In this document: positions 19,209-27,203 of the stretch, one piece after another
Layout: each line of letters starts with the position of its first letter
Position numbering within the stretch: position 1 is the stretch's first letter
Assembly (NCBI GenBank): GCA_043821365.1
Contig: JBDRCX010000002.1
Coordinates: 32,001-96,000 of the forward strand
Direction of reading: 5' to 3'
DNA length: 64,000 nt
Origin: Candidatus Micrarchaeota archaeon
GTDB lineage: Archaea > Micrarchaeota > Micrarchaeia > Anstonellales > Bilamarchaeaceae
The notes under the pieces: model-generated
What the model was told of the DNA's origin: nothing
The model's database searches: none
The model's input: only the letters and a program-made list of their open reading frames with translations
Program-made: the position numbers and the translations under genes

Positions 19209-20945
19209 ATGGTAGACAGAAAACCCAATCCAACAGATGCAAAAACATACTATCAAATGGGTAATGATTACTACGAAAAAGGCGACTATGACAAGGCCAT
19301 AGAAAACTACAATATGGCAATTTTATTAAATCCAATCTTCTCAGAAGCCTATTTCAATCGTGCTCTTTCTTATTATCAACTAAAAAACTTTGACAAATCA
19401 ATTGCTGATTATACAAAATCAATGGAACTTGACCCTCAAAATCCAATTATCTACAATAATCGAGGGGATGCATTTTATAGAAAACAAGATTTTCAAAGTG
19501 CAGTAAAAGATTATGATAAAGCAATTTCACTAAATCCCAATTACTTAAAAGCATTCTACAATCGTGGTCTTTCCTATGCTTCTATTGAAGAATATGAAAA
19601 AGCAGTGGAAGATTTTACTAAAGTTATTGGTTTGAAAGCTGATTTTGCAGAAGCCTATCACCTCAGAGGACTTGCATACGAGTATGCAGGTTCAATGTCA
19701 AGTGCAATTGCAGATTATGAAAAAGCACTTGAATTAAATCCAGAACTTACGGAGGCAAAAACACATTTAGATAGTGCCCGTTCCAAAAAAGACCAGGAAG
19801 GAAAAGGAGGGGAAGGTGGAACTGCAGATATAAAAATGCTTACAAAACCAAACATGAGCTTTACTGATGTTGCAGGTATGTCAAAGATGAAAGAAGAAAT
19901 CAGGGAAGCAGTTGTTTACCCGATGAGAAATCCAGACCTTGCAAGAAAATATGGTAAGCTTGGTGGTGGTGGTATTCTTATGTACGGGCCACCTGGTTGC
20001 GGTAAAACATTCATAGTAAAAGCAGCAGCAGGAGAATGTCATGCTGGCTTCATAAATGCTAAACTTTCAGATTTACTTGACATGTATGTTGGTAATACAG
20101 AAAAAAATATCCACAAGGTCTTTGAATTAGCCAGAAAAAATACACCATGTATTCTCTTCTTTGATGAAGTTGAAGCAATAGGTGGTAGAAGAGACCAACA
20201 GGAAGGTCAACAATATATGAAAATGGCAGTAAACCAGATGCTTTATGAAATGGATGGTGTTGAGGCCAATAATCAAAATGTGCTTATCATTGCAGCAACA
20301 AACGCACCATGGGATGTTGATCCTGCATTAAGACGTTCTGGTCGTTTTAGCAAAACAATTTATCTTCCAGAACCAGATTATACTTCTTGTGTTGCTATAT
20401 TGAAAATGCATGCAAAGAAAAGACCTCTAGGCAAGTTTATTCCATTTGGTGTACTTGGATTTGGAGTTTTGGGTTATGCATCTGCAGACCTAAAGGCAAT
20501 TGTTGATGATGCTGCTACCATTCCATGGAGACAGGCATTCCTTGGTATTGAGAAAAAAACAGAAGAACTAATGAAAGGTGGAATGTCAAAAGAACAGGCA
20601 GAAGAACTTGCACGAAAGCAGGTGCAGCAAAGACCGGTTACCATGGGAGACTTTGTACATGCAATTGTGAAAAAACGTTCCTCACTTCCTCCGTGGTATG
20701 AACAGGCAAAAAAACAAATCGGTAAGCAAGAAGAAATAACAATGGTCGATGGCAAAGAACACAAAAAAGTTACTGACAGCAAAATGGGACCTGGTGAAAA
20801 AGAAGCATTCAGAGACTTGCTAGGTACTATCAATGGCAGAAGTGAATGGTATAACAAAATTATCTATTCCATAAGAAAAGAATTGGTTCTTATTCTTTTA
20901 CGTTTAATAGTGGTAGTTACTGAACCTGGAAGGTTAATATTATGA
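19209..20945 (+). CDS. TPR-repeat AAA+ ATPase
   Basis: Five 34-aa TPRs, then GPPGCGKT, FFDEVE, ATNAPWDVDPALRRSGRF; hydrophobic C-terminal segment. Confidence 0.88.
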   Translation: MVDRKPNPTDAKTYYQMGNDYYEKGDYDKAIENYNMAILLNPIFSEAYFNRALSYYQLKNFDKSIADYTKSMELDPQNPIIYNNRGDAFYRKQDFQSAVKDYDKAISLNPNYLKAFYNRGLSYASIEEYEKAVEDFTKVIGLKADFAEAYHLRGLAYEYAGSMSSAIADYEKALELNPELTEAKTHLDSARSKKDQEGKGGEGGTADIKMLTKPNMSFTDVAGMSKMKEEIREAVVYPMRNPDLARKYGKLGGGGILMYGPPGCGKTFIVKAAAGECHAGFINAKLSDLLDMYVGNTEKNIHKVFELARKNTPCILFFDEVEAIGGRRDQQEGQQYMKMAVNQMLYEMDGVEANNQNVLIIAATNAPWDVDPALRRSGRFSKTIYLPEPDYTSCVAILKMHAKKRPLGKFIPFGVLGFGVLGYASADLKAIVDDAATIPWRQAFLGIEKKTEELMKGGMSKEQAEELARKQVQQRPVTMGDFVHAIVKKRSSLPPWYEQAKKQIGKQEEITMVDGKEHKKVTDSKMGPGEKEAFRDLLGTINGRSEWYNKIIYSIRKELVLILLRLIVVVTEPGRLIL

Positions 20946-21051
20946 TTAACTACAAACTTATTGTTTCATGCCCATTACCAGGGTAGCCCCCACCAGTCTT
21001 ATCTATAGCCATTTGGCCCGGATTTTATAAAATTTTAAATGAGGTGTAAAC

Positions 21052-21078
21052 ATGCCCCTGCATTTTTACGTCATCTAA
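21052..21078 (+). CDS. Candidate mini leader ORF MPLHFYVI upstream of proB
   Basis: ATG CCC CTG CAT TTT TAC GTC ATC TAA; preceded by GAGGTG and 28 nt after TTTATAAA (21024); stop abuts the proB-frame ATG at 21079. Confidence 0.4.
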   Translation: MPLHFYVI

Positions 21079-21816
21079 ATGAGGTGTTATTCATGGAACG
21101 GGATTTACTTCCATATCAAAAAATTAGTAATAAAAATCGGAACATCATGTGTTGTTGAGAATGGGCAATTCAATTATGGAATTGCTAGAGGATTAGTGAA
21201 ACAAATCTGCGATTTAAAATCAAAAGGAATTGCGGTGGTGTTAGTTGTTAGTGGAGCAGCTGCTCTTGCAAGTGGCACCACTTCCAAAAGATTACTTGCA
21301 GCAAAAGGTAGCCAATTGCTTTTCAATAACTATTCTAAGCTATTTTCAGAATATGGTTTTGAATCATTTACTGCACTTTTGCATATCGATGATCTGGTTG
21401 ATACTGAACTGAAAAATAATCTACACTACCTTGCTTCGGCTGAGAAGATCATATGTTTAGTTAATGAAAATGATTTTGCAAAGCAAAACACAACAAACAA
21501 TGATATCCTAGCTGCAGAAATAGCCAAAACTATTGAAAGTGATTGTTTGGTTCTTTTATCTCCTGTTGATGGGTTTCTTGACCACAATGGAGTTAGAATT
21601 AACTATGTTGATTCTATTGCAAAAGTAAAATCGATGGTTAGGGAACATAAAAGTGAAAACGGTACTGGTGGAATGAAAACCAAGCTACATGCATTTGAAA
21701 GATGCGGCTGTATGGGAGTGCTAGCCAACGGTAGGCATTCCAACACTCTCCAAAGAATTTTATCCGGAGAGGATGTTGGATCGTTGTTTGTAGTAAAAGA
21801 GGAGAAAAATGATTAA
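21079..21816 (+). CDS. proB: Glutamate 5-kinase without PUA domain; start ambiguous
   Basis: LVIKIGTS, VVSGA, VNEND, NDILAA, GTGGMKTK; the best-RBS ATG (21093) is out of frame. Confidence 0.8.
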   Translation: MRCYSWNGIYFHIKKLVIKIGTSCVVENGQFNYGIARGLVKQICDLKSKGIAVVLVVSGAAALASGTTSKRLLAAKGSQLLFNNYSKLFSEYGFESFTALLHIDDLVDTELKNNLHYLASAEKIICLVNENDFAKQNTTNNDILAAEIAKTIESDCLVLLSPVDGFLDHNGVRINYVDSIAKVKSMVREHKSENGTGGMKTKLHAFERCGCMGVLANGRHSNTLQRILSGEDVGSLFVVKEEKND

Positions 21817-21874
21817 TTCAATTTGTTTTTATCTGAGCTATTAGTTTATTATTTCTTTTCTACTTTTTTATATC

Positions 21875-23059
21875 ATGCTTGTTATCAAAAACGGAAGTGT
21901 CTTCATTAACGGAGATATCACCAAGAAAGATATTCTGATCGAAGATGGAAAAATCTCTAATATTAGTTCAAGCCTTGATGGAACAGAAACAATTGATGCA
22001 AGTGGAAAGATCGTTCTTCCAGGTCTTATTGATCCTCATGTTCATCTCCGTGAACCTGGAGATATTTATAAAGAAGATTTCATCACAGGAAGCAAAGCTG
22101 CCATTGCAGGTGGATTTACAACTGTGATGGATATGCCGAATAATAAATTTCCTACAATAACAAAGCAAAAACTCGACGAAAAAATCCAGTTGGCAAAAAA
22201 AGCAGTATGTGATATTCTTTTCCATTTTGGTGGTACTGATGATAATTTTGATGAAGTAAAAAAAGCAGATCCACAATCACTGAAACTTTACCTTGGAGAA
22301 ACAACTGGCATGCTTATTTTGAAAAATCAAGATTCAATTGAAAAACATTTCAACATATTCCCAAAAGAACGACCAATTGTTCTTCATGCTTCTGATCATT
22401 CAAAAGACGAATCAGTAAACCTACCAAAGACTTATGCCACAGTTGAAAATGCATCAAATCTAGCCAAAAAAACCAATCGTAGAATCCACCTTGCACATGC
22501 GTCTACAAAAAAAGAAATTGAAATTGCAAAACAATATAATAATTTCACAGTTGAGGCAGCTCCACACTATCTTTTTCTTTCATCTAATGATGCAAAAAAA
22601 CTAGGAGTATTTGGTAAAGTTTACCCTCCACTGAGAAGTGAAAAAGAACGATCAGAAATTTGGCAGGTTTTGCAAAAAGTTGATTGCATTGCAACTGATC
22701 ATGCACCACATACAAAAGAGGATAAGGAAAATGGGTGTGCTGGTTTCCCTGGTTTAGAAACAAGTTTGGCACTTATGCTTCGTGGTTCTGATCTTGGTCT
22801 TATTGATAGAAAATGGGTATTCAAAAGTATGAGTGAAAATCCAGCAAGGTTATTTAATATTCAGAAAAAAGGGAGAATTGAGAAAGGTTTTATCGGGGAT
22901 ATTACGATTCTTGATCCAAACAAAGTTTGGAAAGTGAAAGGAGAAGAAACTGAAACAAAATGCAAATGGTCTCCTTTTGAAGGAATGGAATTGAAAGGAA
23001 AAGTTCATTCAGTAATAAAAAGCGGAAATTTAATTTATCATGAATACGAATTTGTTTAA
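21875..23059 (+). CDS. pyrC: Dihydroorotase (type I)
   Basis: PGLIDPHVHLREPG, DMPNN, ATDHAPH. Confidence 0.92.
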   Translation: MLVIKNGSVFINGDITKKDILIEDGKISNISSSLDGTETIDASGKIVLPGLIDPHVHLREPGDIYKEDFITGSKAAIAGGFTTVMDMPNNKFPTITKQKLDEKIQLAKKAVCDILFHFGGTDDNFDEVKKADPQSLKLYLGETTGMLILKNQDSIEKHFNIFPKERPIVLHASDHSKDESVNLPKTYATVENASNLAKKTNRRIHLAHASTKKEIEIAKQYNNFTVEAAPHYLFLSSNDAKKLGVFGKVYPPLRSEKERSEIWQVLQKVDCIATDHAPHTKEDKENGCAGFPGLETSLALMLRGSDLGLIDRKWVFKSMSENPARLFNIQKKGRIEKGFIGDITILDPNKVWKVKGEETETKCKWSPFEGMELKGKVHSVIKSGNLIYHEYEFV

Positions 23060-23904
23060 TTTATCCGTCCAATTGAAAAGTTTTCCCATCCAGCTCCATA
23101 TGTATAATCAATAGATAAACTTATTTGTTGATGGGCAACAAGCGGAATTTCCTCTGGCAAAGGCACAATCATCTTTGGCATTGTATCATCTTGTGGATTA
23201 AACCTCATACCTTCGCATGTTTCTGTTATTGATATTAGTCTAAGTGCATTCACAGTTCCAGTTCTTAACGCACGTAAGGAAATTTGAATTCTAACATCTA
23301 ATTCTTGTTCTTTTGAAAATAATATTTCAGAAGCATTTACTAATGAAGTAAGTTTCTCTGCTTTTGGGTGTGTTTCTCTAAATTCAAAATATGTTGTTGG
23401 TATGTAAACCAAGCCATCTTTATCTCCAAATGATGCACCAACTCCTTCTGCATAATTTACTATTCTCCTCGGTATTGTTATTGCCCCACTATCAATCCCT
23501 AATAAATGCTTGAAAACTGGTACTTGGGGTTCAACAACGCACCAGGTGCTCAACAATTCACCAACTAGTATATTTAGGTGTGGCAGATCATCTTTTGTCA
23601 TTTCTAGCGCATTCCCTACAATGAGTTTGATTCTATCATCCAAACCATTCCTCTCAAAATTTGCTTTTGCTATTTCTGCCATTCTTTCATCTTTTTCAAT
23701 TGCAATAATTTGTCTTGCGCCAGCGAGTGCAGCATAAATAGCCATGATTCCTGAACCAGTTCCAACGTCTACAACAATTCGATCTGGTGCAAGTTTCTCA
23801 AAAGCTCTTCTGAATGCATCATTTCTTCCTTTATTCCTAACAAATTCTATGTGTTCTGCAGCATGGAATGAACCACTCTTAGTATCTCTGAGGGTACTTC
23901 TCAT
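23056..23904 (-). CDS. SAM-dependent methyltransferase, PRMT-like / archaeal COG4076-like
   Basis: VVDVGTGSGIMA motif I, IAIE, GELLSTW..EPQV, beta-rich C-terminal half. Confidence 0.8.
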   Translation of the reverse strand: MRSTLRDTKSGSFHAAEHIEFVRNKGRNDAFRRAFEKLAPDRIVVDVGTGSGIMAIYAALAGARQIIAIEKDERMAEIAKANFERNGLDDRIKLIVGNALEMTKDDLPHLNILVGELLSTWCVVEPQVPVFKHLLGIDSGAITIPRRIVNYAEGVGASFGDKDGLVYIPTTYFEFRETHPKAEKLTSLVNASEILFSKEQELDVRIQISLRALRTGTVNALRLISITETCEGMRFNPQDDTMPKMIVPLPEEIPLVAHQQISLSIDYTYGAGWENFSIGRIN

Positions 23905-23996
23905 TCTAGCCACCCAACATACAGCACAAATCCTGAGTTTGTTCTTTGGGTCTTAGAATGCATATCCCAAGAACGTTCACTAGTTTTGTGGTTCAT
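23901..23996 (-). CDS. Candidate 31-aa upstream ORF coupled to the methyltransferase
   Basis: MNHKTSERSWDMHSKTQRTNSGFVLYVGWLE; ATG 29 nt after TTATATAG (24025-24018); TGA overlaps the methyltransferase ATG (ATGA). Confidence 0.4.
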   Translation of the reverse strand: MNHKTSERSWDMHSKTQRTNSGFVLYVGWLE

Positions 23997-24032
23997 AATG
24001 TTATTGTATGTTTTGTTCTATATAATTCGGTG

Positions 24033-24050
24033 TCGTAAATTTTTTTACGA
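24033..24050. promoter_or_regulatory. Inverted repeat TCGTAAA-N4-TTTACGA, candidate operator
   Basis: Perfect 7-bp arms between the divergent methyltransferase and TrmB-like genes. Confidence 0.55.
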
Positions 24051-24083
24051 AAGCTTTTTATTATTTTTAGTGGTTATTTACTT

Positions 24084-24821
24084 GTGGCATCGATAGATAG
24101 GAATATACTCAAGGAGTTTGGCCTTACTAATAATGAAGTTGAAATCTATCTAAAACTACTTATGAGTGGTTCAGTAACAGTCAATGTTATTGCAGAAAGA
24201 ACAGGTATGCATCGCCAGGCATGTTATGATGCTCTTGACAGACTTTTGGAAAAAGGGTTTGTTAGTTTTGTAATAAAAAATAATAAAAAAAACTTCCAGG
24301 CACTTCCTCCCGAACAACTTGTTATTTATGCAGATGATATGCGTTCAAAGCTTATCCAAATGCTTCCAGAATTAACAAAACTTAGGTCAGTACCAAAAGA
24401 AACAACCTCTGTTGAAGTGTATAAAGGCAAAAACGTGGTTCGTACTATTCTTCGTGATATGCTTAACCATATGAAACAAACACGCGAACCAACACTTATT
24501 CTTGGTATTGATGAGGGAAAATTTCGTGAATATGATAAGGCTTCAACTGAGAAATACATCTCAGATATACGGAAATTCGGTCTTAAAGAAAAGCTTCTTT
24601 CGTGTGAGGGCGCAACCGAATTTTTCCCTGGTAAACAATCAGAATATCGTCTTCTTCCAAAAGAATTTTTCAATCCAAATCCAACATATATTTACGGAGA
24701 CAAAGTTGTTTTTCTCATCTGGGGAAGTCCCATGTATGTAGTTATGATAACAAGTAAAGAAATAGCTGACACATCTAGAAAACAATTTAATGTTCTATGG
24801 AAAATAGCTAAAAAAAAGTAA
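24084..24821 (+). CDS. TrmB-family HTH transcriptional regulator
   Basis: LKEFGLTNNEVEIYLKLL...HRQACYDALDRLLEKGFV winged HTH; C-terminal effector domain (IYGDKV). Confidence 0.85.
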   Translation: MASIDRNILKEFGLTNNEVEIYLKLLMSGSVTVNVIAERTGMHRQACYDALDRLLEKGFVSFVIKNNKKNFQALPPEQLVIYADDMRSKLIQMLPELTKLRSVPKETTSVEVYKGKNVVRTILRDMLNHMKQTREPTLILGIDEGKFREYDKASTEKYISDIRKFGLKEKLLSCEGATEFFPGKQSEYRLLPKEFFNPNPTYIYGDKVVFLIWGSPMYVVMITSKEIADTSRKQFNVLWKIAKKK

Positions 24822-24825
24822 AAAT

Positions 24826-25275
24826 TTAAGTCATTCTTTCTATTTTTATATGTGCTTCAGTGGTGCCATTGTAGGTTGAAGTTATTTTTATTTTAACCCA
24901 ACCACCAGAACCCATTGTATTTACAAGTGTTCCTGGATTATCTATTGGATATTTTACAACTTCAACAACTTCAGTTTCACCCTGGGGGGTATTTATTTTC
25001 AATGCTATTTCACCACCCCGTCCAGCATCATTTGTTGTTAGTGAAATGGTATTTGGTGGAACATAAACATCTGTAATTACCTGACTGCTAACACCCAAAC
25101 TTCCAACTGAATTTGCTAATGATCCAAGTCTTGAAACTGCAAGTTCTGCCTGATATGATGCTATCTGTTGGTTTGCATCATTTGCCTTCATATAAACAAG
25201 AACTAGCAATGGAATAAATATCAAAAGTACAAATCCCACAATAATCAGAAGTTCTGTACTAACCTGTCCTTTCAT
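24826..25275 (-). CDS. Class III signal peptide (pilin-like) protein
   Basis: MKGQ/VSTELLIIVGFVLLIF. Confidence 0.82.
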   Translation of the reverse strand: MKGQVSTELLIIVGFVLLIFIPLLVLVYMKANDANQQIASYQAELAVSRLGSLANSVGSLGVSSQVITDVYVPPNTISLTTNDAGRGGEIALKINTPQGETEVVEVVKYPIDNPGTLVNTMGSGGWVKIKITSTYNGTTEAHIKIERMT

Positions 25276-26364
25276 CTAATCTGCCCTCCTTTTTATTTTT
25301 GGTTTTTTCTTTTCCCTCTCCTTCCTTAGAACTGTGTTTGCTTCGCCTGCCACATCATCTATACATTCTTTGAGGAATTCACCCTCGCTTTTCATTGATC
25401 TGTGGCCATTATCTGTATCGAAATTTAGATTTACAACAAATGCTGATTTCCCTTCTTTTACATGTACATTGCAATTTCTTATGTTGAATGTTTTTCTGAA
25501 TTTCTCAAGTACATGGCTTATTTTTTGTTCTATATGACTATACTGGTTTCTACTATCTTCATTTAATCCAGAAATGTTAATTTGGATTCCTTTTTTGCTT
25601 AGGTCCTGGATTGTTTTGAAGATGTCAATTGCTGAAAGTACTCCAACTGGCTTTCCTTCTGCAACAACTATGACTGATGAAACCTGTTTCAGTATCATTT
25701 TTCTTACTGCCTGTTCAAGTGTTGTTTGTTCTTCAACAAGTACAATGTCTGGTCTAAGGAATTCTGATATCTTCATGTTATCTACATTGATCGTCTGATT
25801 CCGTATGTCTTTTCTACCAGTCACAAATAAATTTGGTCTGTTTGAAAGCGAACTAATATCATAAGTTGAAACAACACCAACAAAGTTTCTGTTGCGTGTT
25901 ACGACCAATCTCCTTGTTTTTCTTTCCTTCATGACCCTTCTTGCTATACCAACGCTATCGTTTTCATCAACAACATATGCTGGGCTACTCATCATTTCAG
26001 ACACTTCAATAACAGGTATCATCCTATCCTTGAGCATCTCCTTCATCAATTCAACTCTTGTTGTAATCCCAACTGGGCAATGTTCTCTATCTATGACTGG
26101 CAATGCTTTGTAATGCCCTGTCAGAAATGCGTCTATACGATCAAACAGTTGTGCAGTCTCAAAAAGAACTGGAGGTTTTACAACAACAGATTCACATCTT
26201 GTATTATGGGGTTCACGAACTTTCTGACCAATACTCTGATGGTCTATCATACCATAATATTTGCCTTTTTTCGTCACAATCACTGCCGGACTTTCATCAA
26301 GCTGAGAAAGTGCTTTTGATAACGAATCACTTGTTTCCAAAATTAAAGTTTGCTTTATTTCCAT
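25276..26364 (-). CDS. hibA: Four CBS domains plus C-terminal HPF/RaiA-like domain (archaeal ribosome hibernation factor-like)
   Basis: Two CBS pairs, then about 95 aa (IQINISGL...IEQKISHVLEKF...VHVK...VNLNFDT...ECIDDVAGEANTVLRKEREK) fitting the HPF beta-alpha-beta-beta-beta-alpha pattern. Confidence 0.65.
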   Translation of the reverse strand: MEIKQTLILETSDSLSKALSQLDESPAVIVTKKGKYYGMIDHQSIGQKVREPHNTRCESVVVKPPVLFETAQLFDRIDAFLTGHYKALPVIDREHCPVGITTRVELMKEMLKDRMIPVIEVSEMMSSPAYVVDENDSVGIARRVMKERKTRRLVVTRNRNFVGVVSTYDISSLSNRPNLFVTGRKDIRNQTINVDNMKISEFLRPDIVLVEEQTTLEQAVRKMILKQVSSVIVVAEGKPVGVLSAIDIFKTIQDLSKKGIQINISGLNEDSRNQYSHIEQKISHVLEKFRKTFNIRNCNVHVKEGKSAFVVNLNFDTDNGHRSMKSEGEFLKECIDDVAGEANTVLRKEREKKKPKIKRRAD

Positions 26365-26424
26365 AAACTAACACGCCCCTTGTTTCAGTATAAACTATAT
26401 AAAGGAAATAGGTATATAAGAATT

Positions 26425-27141
26425 ATGGCGAACCAGTTGCAGATTCAGTCAGCCCAGCAGTTTTCGTACTTCGAGTCAATGGTATCAAAACCAACCTGGA
26501 AAGATCTTCTTCTAGATTCAATCTCATCAAATAGTATTGACCCCTGGAATATTGATCTTGTTGAACTTTCTGATGCTTTCATAAAAAAAGTTCGTGAAAT
26601 GGAAAATATGGATTTTGTTCTTCAGGCCAATGTTATCCTTGCAGCATCAATTCTTCTGAAATACAAAAGTAATTATCTGAAAATGTTCAATTATCAATCA
26701 GAGATTCCGGAATTTATACCAGAAGGCGAAACATTTGAACCAATGGCAATGAGTGAAATCCCAGCCCTTGCATTAACCTCAAGGATTCCTCCAAAACGTC
26801 AAATCACACTCGATGAACTTATAGGTGAAATGGAACGCATAATCAAATATGATGATGTGGAAAGAGTTCACATTCCTAGGGGGTCAATAGTAGAAACAAT
26901 TGATATGGAACTAAGCGAACATGATATTGAAAAAGACATGGATGTTCTGCTTAGTGATATTAAGGCAAACACTGACGCCGAAGGCTGGTCTTTATTCTCA
27001 AGAGTTACACAAAATTCTAATCCTCATCAATTAATCTATTCATTAATATGTCTTCTACATCTTGTTCAGATGAGAAAAATTGATCTGAGACAAGATAAAC
27101 TTTATGGGGAGATATTCATCCGTTTTTTGGCTAAAATGTGA
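26425..27141 (+). CDS. scpA: Segregation and condensation protein A (SMC kleisin)
   Basis: IDPWNIDLVELSDAF, ASILLKYKS, ITLDELI, LHLVQMRKIDLRQDKLYGEI. Confidence 0.88.
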   Translation: MANQLQIQSAQQFSYFESMVSKPTWKDLLLDSISSNSIDPWNIDLVELSDAFIKKVREMENMDFVLQANVILAASILLKYKSNYLKMFNYQSEIPEFIPEGETFEPMAMSEIPALALTSRIPPKRQITLDELIGEMERIIKYDDVERVHIPRGSIVETIDMELSEHDIEKDMDVLLSDIKANTDAEGWSLFSRVTQNSNPHQLIYSLICLLHLVQMRKIDLRQDKLYGEIFIRFLAKM

Positions 27142-27203
27142 TCATATTTACATAATTTCACATTTAAACTAACCTTATAAATACTTTTACGCACCTTTTC
27201 ATT

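Noticed and set aside
20984-20986. In-frame TAG within the Pro-rich frame as evidence of stop-codon reassignment or pyrrolysine
   Set aside because: TAG terminates conserved genes normally here (trpA, aroC), and no pyl genes are in the window
20942-21816. ATGATTAA direct repeat flanking the proB cassette as a target-site duplication
   Set aside because: 8-bp AT-rich word, no terminal inverted repeats or transposase; chance is likely
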